Assembly (NCBI GenBank): GCA_033442325.1 | Contig: JAWQFM010000025.1 | Span: 653,507-708,907, forward strand | Direction of reading: 5' to 3' | DNA from: Salpingoeca rosetta | Lineage: Eukaryota > Protista > Choanoflagellata | DNA length: 55,401 bases | Shown here: positions 29,232-54,728 of the stretch, one piece after another | Position numbering within the stretch: position 1 is the stretch's first letter | Layout: each line of letters opens with the position of its first letter | Program-made: the position numbers and the translations under genes | Notes under the pieces: model-generated | Told to the model about the DNA's origin: nothing | The model's database searches: none | What the model saw: the letters and a program-made list of their open reading frames with translations, nothing else

Positions 29232-32225
29232 CTACAACGTGTCCTGCGGCGGGAGGATGACTTTGGGAATAACATCGCCGTTGCGGGATAGCAGCACGCC
29301 TTGCTCGTACACGGTGGATGAAGGGTTGCCATCGGGGACCATCTTGCTTGCAGGCACGCTGACACCCCAGTGCAGCAGCGGGTATTCCAGTCTCGGCCCG
29401 AACGGCGGTGGCGTTGTGCTGCTGGACACGGCGTTAAGCTCACGGCCAAGGCGGCGCACCAGTCGTGCCGTTCTCGCATCCCGAACACGCGCGCCACCTC
29501 CGCTACCACTGGCACCGCCGCCGATGCCCGCGTGTGCAGCCGATGGCAATGACGACGATGCTGGCGATGGCGATAACGACGATGACGACGACGACGACGA
29601 CGGTGGCAGCAGCTGCTGGTTGAGGAGGTGCTGGAGTGGGGCCGGCATCACGGCGGCGGTGCGCGTCCAAAGATGTCCATCAACAGCGGTCGCCACCATG
29701 TGCTGCGTCGCCAACACGCGCTGCAGTTTGTCGCGTCCCGCCAGCCAACGCGTCAGCAGTGCCGGCGCAGCCGCGCTCACTTCATGGCGAATCTGCTGCC
29801 GCCACGCACCTCGACACCGGGCGCCAATCAGTTGGTGGATGTCGCTATCACAGCGATTGCGGGCAGACCCGGACGGTGGTGGCGTTGATGACGACACCAG
29901 CGTTGCCGCTGTCGATGATGGTGATGGTGATGATGCGAACGATGTCGAGGTGGCAGCGGGCTCACCGTTTTGCGTGTTGGTTTCAGTGGCTGTAGCTGTT
30001 GCGGCAGTGGCACTTTCGTCTGCAGTGCCATCACTGCCATCATGTACTGCCTGCTCTGTGAAGGACAGGAGAGCGAGCAGCATCTCGAGCGCAGTAACAA
30101 CACCGCGCTCGCGCGCGACGAGGGCGCACAACACCTCCACCGGCCAGCGTGCGCGGGGCGGAAGGCAGCACCACTCCGTCCACAGCTGTGCGAGGTCGCC
30201 ACCACGACGAAGCCACTGCACAACGCGCTTTTGCTGCTGCAGCGCCAGCAACACACGCACGTGCGTGGGGTCATCGTCACGGGTGAGCTGTAGAGCCTCA
30301 TCCCAACACCCGCACCACAACAGCAGGTCCCGGACAAAGTCAAAGCCCGCGGCCGCGAGGAATGACTGCTGTTTCACGATGCGCCACACACGCGGTGACA
30401 GCACGGCGGTGACAGGGGTGCTTGCAGGCAACAACGCCGCGCGCTGCTCAGGCGACAACTCACCTGGAAACATGGCCACGAGCTCTTCCAAGCTCGCATG
30501 CTTCTTGTTGTTGGTTTGAGTTTCACCACCATCATCGTCGTCATCATCATCGTGCAACAGCACATCGCTACCACCTTCCCTGCTGATGCTGTTGGTGCGA
30601 TCCCAGTCATGCGTTGAGGACTTGCAGCCATCACCACTGCCACCGCCCCGGACACCATCACCGCCCTGATCGCTGCTGCTCTCAACGCCCTCTTCGTCTT
30701 GTGACAGGTCACGCATCGTCATTGTGTCGAAATCCATCACGTGCGAGCAGAACGCATTGGACTCGCGGACACGAGCGCCGCCAGCACACTCAACGCTGTC
30801 GCTGCCAGCGCCACCGCTGCTGCTGCTGCTGCTGCTTTGGCCGTGCTCACTCGCATCACCGACACTCGCATCACCATCACGGTTCCCAGCAGCATCATCA
30901 TGTCCAGCGCTGTTGTTGTTGTCCTCGTCGGTACAGTACAGGGCGAGAGAGAGGTTGAGGTACTCTCGCAGCGTGCGCCGCTCGCGTGTCATGGCGTTTT
31001 CAAAGGCGGGCGCCTGTACAATGCACGACAGGTAGCGGTACCACGTGCGCGTGAGGGCGAGCGAGTCATCAATACTGGCGGTGAGGGCCTCCTCGACGTT
31101 GTGCGGCAGAATGCGCGGGTACGACTCGACGCAGAGCGGAACAAACCGCCGGACGTCAATGGCGCACAGGTCTTTGAGGAATTCGAGGAGGATTGGGGTG
31201 GACACCTGCGCCAGCATGGCACGTGCGGCGGGGATGACCTGGTCGTCCAGCATCTGTTTGACCACGCGGTCAAGGGCGTCACGCTGCTCGCTCGCGTCCG
31301 AAATGAAATTCGTCAGGCTGTGGATGCATGGCCGCCAGTGGCGCCTGTTCAAATGCACGGCAACCGTCTCCATGTCCACCAAATCGCCGTATCCGCGCAG
31401 AAATGCCTGCATGCAACGCATGGGGTCACCGCTGTTGTTGTTGACGTTGTTATCGTTGGCGTTGTGGTTGCTGGTGTAGTTGCTGTCGCGGTGATGTGGT
31501 GCTGTTGTCGCTGATGATGTGGACGGGTGCTTGGAAGAAATAGACGAAGAAGGCAAGGTCGACGACGATGCTGAAGATGACGCTGACGATGAGGAAGGCG
31601 AAGGTGAGAGCACCACATCCGACACGACAGCGAGTGTCATGAGCTGCTGAACATATGCAAACGCTGAGCGTTTTTGTTTCAGCAGCGCCATCAGTCGTTG
31701 CCGCAACGGCACTGACGATTCTGCGTCCTCATCCTCGCCAAATGCGGGTGCAGCCGCGGTGCCTGCAGGCATGTCGCCGATGTCACCAACCGCTTCTTCG
31801 CTGCCGTTTGCACGCGTCGCACCAGCACCAGCAGCGGACAAGGTGTTTGCACCATCGCCATCCTGGTCGCCATCGCTACCGCAGGCCGGCACAGCGGCCG
31901 TGAACACATCCACAAACGTGTGCAGGAGGCGCTGTGTCTCTGCGTTGTCGAGCCTGTCAAAAGCGTCGTCCATGCCCATGCGAATGGCATCCACCCGTGC
32001 AATGAGAGACGTGATGGTGGTCTGGTCCTTCTCCTCTCGTCGTCGTTTCGCCTCTGCTGCCCGCGCTGCCCTCGCTTGCTCCTCAGGTGACGCCAGCAGC
32101 GAGTCCTAGAAAGGAGAAAAGGGAAAGGGGAAAGGGGGAAGGGGGTGTGTGTGTGTGTGCGTGTGTGTGTGTGCGTATGAGTATTTCAGTGTGCAAAATA
32201 GGTGGTTGTCGAGGTTCACGCGCGC

Positions 32226-32266
<41 letters not shown>

Positions 32267-32801
32267 TACATACATACATACATACATACATACATACATA
32301 CATACATACATACACACACACGCACACAGACACACACAGACACACACACACACACATGCACACACACACATGCGCTCACCACAGCAGTCGTTGTGCTGGC
32401 GTGGGAGCGGTGGGAAGCGGCTCTGAATTCCGGCGCTGGGCTGTGGATGGTGGTCGATTTCTTGCGTCGCGTTGAGGGCGCGCGCTTCGACTTGACGCGC
32501 CGGCCGGGCTGGAGCCGACGACGTGGGGGGAGGGGGAGGGGGGCGGAGAGATACAACAAGGGGGCAAAAACGTGGTTGTGATGAGAAAGAAGTAATCCAA
32601 TCACGGAGCGAAATGTCATCGACACGTTCTAGCTACACACACACACACACACACACACAGGTACGCACACACAGGCACACACACAGACACACACACACAC
32701 AGGTACGCACACACAGGCACACACACACACACACACACAGGTACGCACACACAGGCACACACACACACACACACAGACACACAGACACACACACACACAC
32801 A

Positions 32802-32860
<59 letters not shown>

Positions 32861-33374
32861 ACATGCGCGCGCTCACGTGCGAATTCACACCTGTTGTGCC
32901 GCATGCCTCTGCTCGTGAATCGGGGGCATGGAGTGGTCTGTTGCTGAGCGACCATGACGGTGGAGGTGGTGGCGATGATGATGCTGATGATGCTGGTGGT
33001 GATGGTGGTGGTGGTGGAGGTGGTGCTGGGTTGTGGTGTCTCCAGCGTGAAGTGCATCGCTTGCAGGTGTGTCATCATGGCCCTCGTGGTCGCGGTCGTG
33101 AGCAGCGTCCTCATCATCGGTGTCAATGTCTGACGCGATGGTGCTGCTCGCCAGTGACGCCGGCATCGACACGGAGCGCAGCGCTGGGTTCGATGCAGAG
33201 TAGAGGGGGAAGGGGGATTTTGGGGTGTGAGTGGGGTTGTGGATGAGTGGGAGGGTGAGAGAGCGCGTGCGCAAGGGAGAGAGCCAGCGAGAATGCCGCA
33301 AGCATATCCAAACAGACAGACAGACAGAGAGACACACAGACACAGACACAGACACAGACAGACACAGCACACAA

Positions 33375-33406
<32 letters not shown>

Positions 33407-34148
33407 AGACAGACACACACCTGTGCGCTTTCCTTTGGCGGGCCCTGCTGCCGTTGCATCGGTGTCAAACGTTTGACGCTGGGGCGACGTAGGCGACGAT
33501 GATGATGGCGGTGGCGATGCTGGCGACGACACGGAAAACACTTCACCAGTCGGCGCACGATGTTGTTGTTGTTGCTCCTGCTGCTGCTCTTCGTTTTGTT
33601 GTTGTGCTGGCGCAGAATGGGATGAAGTTGTGGGTGTTGACAGCAGTGTTGTTGTTGTTGTTGTTGCTGTTGCTGTTGCTGCAGTTGTTTCATCGCCCAT
33701 GACTGCGACCGTCTCGACTTTGTCATCTTCACAAACATCTTCTTGTCGAGATGCCTGCTGCTGCTGCTGCTGCTGCGTGGCATCACGCACATGCACATGC
33801 GCACCACCACCGCCATCACCATCACCAGCGTCATGGTCAGGTACATCCTCACTGATGTCATGTGCAACCGTGTCAGCAACAGCACGGCTTGCTTGACTGA
33901 CGTGTTGTGTTGCTGTGTCGTTCAGTGGGTGTGTGCCTGTCGCTGCATCGTCCTCCTCCCCCTCACCGCCTTCTTCTTCCTCGTGCTTGCTCACTCCCCC
34001 TGCCGCGCGTTTGGTTGCGTCAGGAAGAGTCGATGTTGCGCCATGCACGTCAGCAGAAGTCGCAGGCGGCTCTTCACCCGAGGCAGTTATCGTATCTGCC
34101 GTGGCTGTGGCAGCCGTACTTGAATTCTGCTGCTGCTGCTGCTGCTGC

Positions 34149-34188
<40 letters not shown>

Positions 34189-36688
34189 GCTGTTGCTTCT
34201 GCTTTGTCTTCTTCCCCTTCTTGCCATCCCCCTTGTCTTTCTTGTCTTTACCCTTCTTCTTCTTCTTCCCTTTCGTCTTCGTCTTCGTCTTCACGTGTTT
34301 GACCACGGGCACATCTCCAACAGCCGCCTCCACCGCCACCACCGACTCATCGAGTCCATGTTGTGCCACTGCATCCTCCGTCACCACTTCCTCGCGTGCT
34401 GTCTGTGCCGCGTGTGCTCCCTTCACTTCTACCACGTCCAGTTCTTCCTTCACCTCCTGGAACTTCGTTGCTTCCTGCACTTCAGGCATCTCCATTGCTC
34501 CCTCCGTGTCTTGTGATGGTTCGGCTTCGTGGGCATCAGCACCCACAGCTTGTGCTGGTTCAGTCACAACCGCAGCTGTCTCATGAGCGCGTGCTGCTTC
34601 TGGTGTCGTCGTTGTTGCTGCTGTCGCTGTCTCAATCGCATGCGTATGATTGCTCGTCACCATACTCGAATTCGTCGTGTTCGTGGTCGTGGCGCCAAGT
34701 GTGCTGGTACCGTCAGCACTGTCGTCCATCACAGCAGTCGTGTTCATCGCCACTTCCACCTCTTCTTCGAGCTCAAAGATGACAGCACCACTTACATCAG
34801 TCGCAGTGTCCACCACGCCCACTGCTGCTGCTGCTGTTGTTGTCATTGTTGCTGTCACTGTCTCGGTCATCATCACCACCATGGACGTGTCTTCCTCGTC
34901 GATGACAGCACGAGGAGCCAGGGGGGATGGAGGTTGCGCGTCAGCAGTGTCAGCAGTGCCAGCAGTGCCAGCAGTTGCTCCTTGCGACACGACCGCCTCC
35001 TCCTGCTCAGCAACGCTGCCAATCTGCTGCGTGTCGTCGCTGCTTGGTCCCTCCCCTTCCACGTCATCGTTCGCCACCGCCTCGGTTGCCGCTGGCGCCT
35101 CTGATGGTTTGACGGGCGCGTGCTCACCGCCATCTGGAACAGCCGGTGCAGTGTCTGCCGTGCCAGTCGTTGCCGCTTCCTCTCTGAGTTCCACTCCCAC
35201 TTGCTGCTGCTGCTGCTGCTGTTGTTGCTGTTCAGGTTTACTGGGCGTGGTTGCCTCTGCTTCTGTTGCTGTCGTGGCAACAGGAGCCGATTCCTCGTGT
35301 CCGCGCTTCTCGCGTTCTTCCGCGTGGTCGAGTTGACGTGGGATGCCTTGTTGCTCATCCCTCTTCTCCTCCTTGCTCTCCTGGTGCGCTTGCTCCTTTG
35401 CCTTCTTCTTCTTTGCCTTCTTCTTGTCCCTCTTGCTCTTCTTCTTGTTTGTCTTCCTCGACTCCTGTTGCTCCTGTTGTTGCTGTTGCTTTGGTTGTTG
35501 TTGCTCCTGTTGTTGCACCACCTTCTCACGTCCCTTGTCTTTCGCCTCCTCCTCCTCCTCCTTCTTGTTCTCCTCTCGCTCCTCCTGGCGTGCCATCACC
35601 TCCACATCGCTGGACGCGGCCGCACCGCCCTCCTTGCCAACGTGTGCTGGTGGTGCTGGTTTGTTCGTCATAACCTGCACAGTTGCGCCCGCTGTCACGC
35701 CTCGTTCGTGCTCTGCTCCCTGTGTGCCAGTCTGCTCCACACCACCAGCCACCTCGCCCTTCTGTTGCTCCTGCTTCCCTTGCTTCTCCTTCTTCTTGGC
35801 CTTCTTGCGCTTCCCCTCCTGATTGTCTTTCTTGCCTTTCTTCCCCTTGTGACCACCACCATCACGATGGGCATCAGCATCACCACCATCGGCAGCGACA
35901 GTTGCACCTTCACCCTCTTCTGCTATCTTTGTTGCTGTTGTCTTGTCCCCACCACCTTCTGTCACGCCATCAGCCTCCACCATCGAACGCTCATCTCCTT
36001 GTGTCGACATCTTCTGCTCGGCGTGACTTTTCTCTTCGTCGTCCTGCTGCGTCTTGTGCTCCTCCCCGCTTTCCTCTTCCTTGCTGGTCTTCCCTCGCTG
36101 CTGCTCCTCTTCCTCCTCCTGAGCCCCCTCCATATCCTTCTTTCCTTTCTTCTCCTTCTTCTTGTTCTTCTTCGTCTTGTCCTTCTTGTCCTTCTTGTCT
36201 TTCTTCTTCTTTCCCTTCTTCCCCTCTCCCTTCACCGCCACAAGTGTCTCCGTCTCACCCGCGCCCACACCACCACTCGCCACTTGCGCCATCGCACTGC
36301 CTTCAGCAGTGGGTGCTGCTGTCGCTGTGGTAGCAGCAGCAGGAACACCAGCTGTTGCTTCTGCTGTGGATTGCGTCGCCTCGTGCTTGCCACCACCACC
36401 ATCACTGGTAACAGATGCGATCGTGGTCGTGGTGTCATGTGGCTGCACAGCATTGCGCGCCTTCTCAGATGCATCATCATCATCACCACCACCACCACCA
36501 CTATCACCACCATCACCATGATCAGCAGGTTCTAACGCGTCATCGATGACAGGTGCTGTTGTGTCGGGTGTCGCATTCACTGCTGCATCCACGTGCTGCT
36601 CATCGCGAGTACCACCACCAGCACCTTCATCACGACTCTCTGGTTGAGCTGGTCTTTGGTCGGCAGCTGTGGGCTGCGATTGGTGTCG

Positions 36689-36726
<38 letters not shown>

Positions 36727-37571
36727 CGCTGTTCTGAGCCATGAGCGCCGTCGCGTATGCGTTCAGCGCAATCACGACCTTGGGAAGCGACAATGCAACA
36801 CAGATGAAAAGGTGTCAGTGGGGATTAAAAAAAACCACAAAGAGGGCAAGGAACACACACACACACACATTCACACGCACACACACACACACACCACGCA
36901 CGCACACACACACACACATACACACACACGCACACAGTCACGAAGAGAGCAGGCCACACCTGGTCATCGCTGGGATCGGCGCTGCGACGAACAGCGGATA
37001 TGTCATCGACATCAAACAGCCGACGAAGCGGTGGCGGTGACCACGGTGACGGTGGCGATGATGGTGAGGGCCGAGCCCACCCGCGTGCCAGGAGCTGCAA
37101 AGAAGACAGGTGTGGGGGGAGAGGGGAACAGAACGGGCAGAAGGGGGTGAGGATTGGGACTGCAAAACAAGCACAGTGCACCAAGCAGCATCACGTAACG
37201 GCACCAGGGCGGCTGAGGTGGCAGTCTGCACACGCAGACACACACGCAGACACACACGCAGACACACACACACACACAGACATAGACACACACACACACA
37301 CACAGACACACACACACACACACAGACACAGACACACACACACACACACAGACACAGACACACACCTTTCCCGTGATGTCGAGAGCGCCCGCATCAAATG
37401 CAGCGCGTGCTGCCACTTCTGGCGGCGCAAACAGCACGTCCACAACCAGGGGGGCGTGGTCCTTTGTCATGCCTGCAGGCATTCGGCAGTAAAATGCAGC
37501 AGCATGGGTGGTTGGGCAACGTGGGTGCAAGCGTCAACAAAGTACACACATCACGAGGCCCACCAACGACA

Positions 37572-37631
<60 letters not shown>

Positions 37632-38458
37632 CTCACTGAGGATGGAGAGAGTGTTGTTGTTTGCAAGCGCAACGTCGATGATGTCGCCAAATGCCGTCGA
37701 CCAAAATGGAACGGCAGGTCCATTTGGATCAAGAAGGAGGACTGCATTTGCCCCGCCCCATGCAAGCACCAAGTCCTTCTTCTGATCCTGCTGTTGCTGT
37801 TGGTGTTGATCTGGATGCTGTTGGTGTTGGTGTTGGTAGCCGTCGTCGCGCGGGCGGGAGGGATTTGCGTGTGCTGCTGTCGTGGAAGCGGCAGTGACGT
37901 TGGACGGATGGTGCAGCGTGTGCACGGTGCGAAAAGCGAGCGAGAGCGGTTTTGCTTGCAGGCACGACGGAAACGAGTGCGCGGGGTCCACGCTCCACTG
38001 CACGCATGTCGGAAGTTAGGGGCGAGCAGGAGGCATTGAAAACGGGGTGGTAAGAGGCGAGAGAACGCACACATATGAACGCCTTGCTGTGTGCATGTGT
38101 GAGTGCGTGTTGATGTGTGTTGATGTGTGCACGCATGTGCATGCAGGTTCAGTTTTGTGTGCGTTCATGTGTAAATATGTGTATGTGTGCTCATGTGTGT
38201 GTATTTGTGTCAACATTGCATGCGTGTGTTGCGTTACCGGCTGTGACGATGAGCCCTTGAGCATGTCCTTGAACTTGATTGTCGCCAGGACAGTGCCGTC
38301 GGTCGTCGCCTGATGGCGGTGGGCATGGTTGATGGTCGGTGTGAAGAATGCGTGAGTTGCAATGGTGCCAACGTTTGTTGGTAGTGGCATCTGCTCAAGC
38401 AAGTAACACGACAACATTCAGGTCTGCTCCTGGTCACAAGCACCACCATCACGGTGGC

Positions 38459-38529
<71 letters not shown>

Positions 38530-38530
38530 G

Positions 38531-38566
<36 letters not shown>

Positions 38567-39488
38567 CCTCCCAGAGACGCGATCCTGGCCGGGCGGAGAA
38601 CAGCAGCGACGACGCAGTTCCCTCCACTAACGGCTGCACACACACACGCACACGCACACGCACGCGTATGTGATGCATGCACGTGTTGTGTAAAGGCGTG
38701 TGAAGTGTGCGCGTGGTTGAGAGAATAAGTGAGGGACGGAAAGCGAGCGAGTACGCAGGGTGACCCACCACGCATTCCCACGCATTACCACCACCACCAC
38801 CACCACCACCACCACCACCACCACCACCACCACCATCATTGTCACCTCAGCGACGGCTGCGCCAAAGAGGCCATCCCTCAGCTTTGACCCGAGCTGTCCC
38901 GCCGCCCTCCTGTCGACAGCACGCGAGAGGCGGAGGCGAATGTGTATGTGTGTGTATGAGTGTGTGAGTGTGTGAGTGCGTGTGTGTGTATGAGTGCGTG
39001 AGTACGTGTGAGTGTGAGCGAATGTGAGTGAAAGGGTGAATTGCTGAGTGTATGAATGCAGTGAATGGGTGAGTGTGTACTTGTTTGCGCGCATGATCAC
39101 AATGATCGCCCCTGCCTGTGCGAGTACCGCCTGGCGTTTTGTGTCAGTGACACGACAGCACAACCACAACCACAACCACAACCACAACCATCACCACCAT
39201 CACGACCATCACGACACCGCGCGACACCGCCACCAGCAAGTTCCTTCTCCCTCACGTTGCAAATGTGTAGATGAGGACGCGTGTGGTCGTGGAGATGACG
39301 AGCACGTGCCGATTGCCAGACTTATGCCGTGTGTACGTGTGTATGCATGAGTGCGATTGTGTGCGTGTGTGCATGTAAGTATGTGTGTGCATGTGAGTGT
39401 TTGATAGGGGGATGGTCAATGGTTGGAAAGGTGAGAGTAGGTGGTTGAGCACGGTCAAGAACACAAGAACACCACTCTTGCTGTTCTT

Positions 39489-39536
<48 letters not shown>

Positions 39537-40924
39537 CATCATCATCATCATCCACACACTCACACACGCGCCTGCATTCATCATCCACACTCGCAAACAA
39601 AATCATTTCCCTCACCAGCTGCACGATGCGTTCGTCTGTGGATATGATCGTGGTCTGGACCTTCATGCGGCGTGAGAGTGCAACCTCAGATACGCCGCCG
39701 TTCTCATCGCCAGCAAACAGCTTGGCGGCATGTGGCGCCCACCACAAGCTCGTGATGGCGTGGCCCTTGTGCACACCAGCCGTGTCCCGCGTTTTCTGCA
39801 GCAGACGATGCAATCAGATGTGTACGTGTGACGTGGATTGGGGTCCAGACACAAACGCGAACATGATGACCGCGACCACAAACACAACTACTGCTGCACT
39901 TAGCAGCATGATACATGCCGCACCTTTGGACGGAGTGGTGAATTGTGCCAGTCGATGCTCCACACAATGACATGACCGGATCTTGAGCGAGAGCAGCGGT
40001 TAGCGTTGGTGCAACACAACAACAAGAGTGAGTCATGTGGTTACAAGTCACGCTGTGTGCAAACGAGCCAGACATGTCGCAGATGGGGGTGTGTGACTCA
40101 CTTTGTGCCTGCTGCAAGATAAGTTCCATCTGGAGAGAAGCTGACGGCCGTAATATGCCCTTGCTGCCAATTGTCGTTCAAGAAGCAAGTGCGCAGGTGA
40201 GCGTGTGTGTGCGTGTGTGTGCGTGTGCATGTGTGTGCGTGTGTGAGTGTGAGTATGTGAGGTGCGTGTGTGCGTGAGTGTGAGTATGTGAGGTGCGTGT
40301 GTGCGTGAGTGTGAGTATGTGAGGTGCGTGTGCGCGTGAGTGTGAGTATGTGAGGTGCGTGTGCGCGTGAGTGTGAGTATGTGAGGTGCGTGTGCGCGTG
40401 AGTGTGAGTATGTGAGGTGCGTGTGCGCGTGAGTGTGAGTATGTGAGGTGCGTGTGCGCGTGAGTGTGAGTATGTGAGGTGCGTGTGTGCGTGAGTGTGA
40501 GTATGTGAGGTGCGAGGGTCACTGGCCGCGCGAAGTGGAGTGATGTTCTCACCTCAATGTTGAGCACTGCTGCGAGTTTGTGAGCTGTGGACGATCTGTC
40601 AAAGCAGTAGAGCGATCCCGAGTTGGATGCCACAGCCAGACACTGCGGTGCGCTTGCAACAGCCGTGTACTGCGAATGAAACAAAAACAGTTGGAACAAG
40701 TGGAATGAACGACGTGACAAGAAGCAGACAGACCACACACGAAGTGGACTCGCTCATAGACACGCACACACACACAAAGTGGACTCACTCACAGACAGAC
40801 ACACAGACACAGACACACACACACACAGACACACACACACACACACACACACAGACGCACACACAGACACAGACACACACACAGACACACACACAGACAC
40901 ACACACACACACACAGACACACAG

Positions 40925-40956
<32 letters not shown>

Positions 40957-41043
40957 ACACACAGACACACACACCTGGATGCGCTTGCTGGCGTTGATGG
41001 GACGACCCACATCATCCCACACCCGAGTCACGACCGCCTCCAT
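29232..41043 (-). CDS. HPS5: HPS5-like (BLOC-2 subunit) WD40 + helical protein with a very large low-complexity insert
   Basis: N-terminal exons give [103 protein letters not shown] and [26 protein letters not shown]. These match HPS5/TECPR2-family motifs as recalled (GxKxRDGxYGA, ARPGSRxWE). The last exon has [11 protein letters not shown] and no TECPR repeats, which favours HPS5. ATG 41043 has an upstream in-frame stop; stop at 29232. Internal exon boundaries are approximate. Confidence 0.78.
40251..40513. repeat. 31-bp tandem minisatellite, about 8.5 copies, in an intron of the HPS5-like gene
   Basis: Unit gagtatgtgaggtgcgtgtg(t/c)gcgtgagtgt starts at 40251, 40282, 40313 ... 40499; no spacers. 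Confidence 0.92.
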
Positions 41044-41423
41044 ATTGCCCCAACGCAGTCACAACAGTTTGCGACAGCACGAAATCAAATGTCCCTGACG
41101 ATGTCGTGCAATTATTCGGTTTTTGTTGTTCAAGGTGAGAGACGCTGACGGCGGATGGGGATGGGTGTGTGTGTGGGTGGATCGTGGGTTGCTTGCTTCC
41201 TGTTTGCTCAGACTGGTGATGATGGCGACACGGTGGCTCCTGCCCTGAAAGCATGTTCTGTTCACACACACACACTCTCTCTCTTTATCGTCCCTCTCAC
41301 ATGCCTTGTTTACACTGCCACACTTTTTGCACTGCCACACTTTTTGCAGATAGCTTCACTCGTCGTGGTGTTCGCGTCTGTTGTCGATTGTCACACACAT
41401 ACACACACACACACACAGCCAAG

Positions 41424-43121
<1,698 letters not shown>

Positions 43122-43692
43122 ACGCGTCCAAACACGCTTTCCTTTGTTGTCGTGGTAGCAGCTGTAGTTGTTGTCGTCGTCGTTGTTGTTGTTGCACATC
43201 TCTCATGTCTACTGCCTGCAAGCAAGCGAGGCGTGTATGAGCAGACCTTTGTGCTGCATTGAACCATGTCGCCGTCCACACGCCCCCCGCCTCTCTCAGA
43301 ACATCGCATCTCACACGTGGTACTGCCACTGCCGCTGCTGGTGGCTGTTGAAGGTCGTTGTTGTCGCATATCCTCTCTTGCTTGAGCTTTGTCTTTTTGC
43401 TGTCCTTTGCTGTGCTTTGCTGTGCTCTGTGCGCGTTGCGTGTGCGCGTGTTCTCCCATCGTTGTCATGATGTGGCTGTGCTGTGCTGTTGCTTTGCGCC
43501 GTGTTTTGGTGACCACCTCTTCAGACTTTTGGTTCGCTGTGTGTTCGCTGGTCGTCGTTTGTGTCTTTCTTTTTGTTTCGTGTGTGTAAACGAACAGCAG
43601 CAACTACCAGGGTGGAACCAGCATGTTTCGCACAGGAGGTGATGATAATGGCATGCGCGCACCCACGCACATGTGCACACGCACAAACCACA

Positions 43693-43723
<31 letters not shown>

Positions 43724-43748
43724 GCGCACACACACACACACGCACAAA

Positions 43749-43813
<65 letters not shown>

Positions 43814-44071
43814 ACACACATGCTCTATGGCTTTTTCATGCCGTGTTTCGTGTTCTCGTGTTTACAACTCGCTGTCCTCAGCTGAGACGCCAGCTGCTTG
43901 GACGTGCCAAGACCAAATCGATCAAAACAGGGAAAGCTACGACACATACTGACACACCCCAAGACCAACACACGGACACACGCACACACACACGCACGCT
44001 GGTAACGAAAGCTTTGGAGACACATAGGGAACGGCGTGCATGCACACAATCAATAAAAGTACGCACGCACG

Positions 44072-44152
<81 letters not shown>

Positions 44153-44246
44153 GCACGCACGCACAAACATCCACACACAGACGCACACACACAGTCTCAC
44201 GCGCGCAACTACAAAACGGCAACAGCGCCACCATCGCATCCCCTCC

Positions 44247-53652
<9,406 letters not shown>

Positions 53653-53888
53653 CGTCGTGGACTAACCACTGTGATGCAAGCCAAGCAAGCAAGGACGAAT
53701 GGGAGGGGCACGTTGTGTGTACCGTCGTCACGCTCGCCACGCACACACACACCAGAGACAGCGTGGTTGGAGCTTTTATTGCTTTCGCTGTCGCTGCTGT
53801 CTGCTGTGTGTATCCTTCCTGCTCGAAATTTTTTCGTATTTTGGCCGGCTACTTTTTGTGGTGTCGTGGTTGAATGGCAGTGCTGTTG

Positions 53889-54168
<280 letters not shown>

Positions 54169-54552
54169 CCTGTGTCAGTGTGACAATGCACCCGCCCCTT
54201 CTCCACATTCAACCCCCACGCGCCACGCGTTCACAACAGACACGTCCACATCCATATCCACTCACTCATTCATTCATTAGCGAAGTGAACGCGGAACAAA
54301 AGCAAACGACGGACTGACACAACCTACAGAGGGACAAAGGACAACAGAAGGCACAACATGTACGATGCCAGCGAACAGCATGCGTGGAGCGTGCACATAG
54401 CGTGCACCACCGTGATGGATTGTACAAAGCAGGTTGGAGGTGAAGGATAAACGAATGAACAGAGCTGATGGAAGGCAATGCGGCATGACATGATGTAATG
54501 TAAACTCATGGCGACACGCAGAAAGGGAGAGAGACAAGAGGGAGAGAGACAA

Positions 54553-54612
<60 letters not shown>

Positions 54613-54728
54613 CAGAGACAGAGAGACAGAAACAGAGAGAGAGATAGAGACAGAGAGAGAGAGAGAGAGGAGGAGTTGGTGTTGTGGCGGTAGCTGGATG
54701 GTCAACGACTGTGGAAGCGGCTGCATGC

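Noticed and set aside
29239-30519. 426-aa plus-strand ORF (and similar ones at 35120-36535 and 48646-49497)
   Set aside because: Antisense shadows of GC-rich minus-strand exons, with no recognisable motifs.
40251-40513. 31-bp repeats as a possible CRISPR array
   Set aside because: The units are directly adjacent with no unique spacers, there are no cas genes, and the context is a eukaryotic intron.
29232-41043. TECPR2 as an alternative identity
   Set aside because: The WD40 N-terminus is shared, but no TECPR propeller repeats are visible and the C-terminus is helical and HPS5-like.
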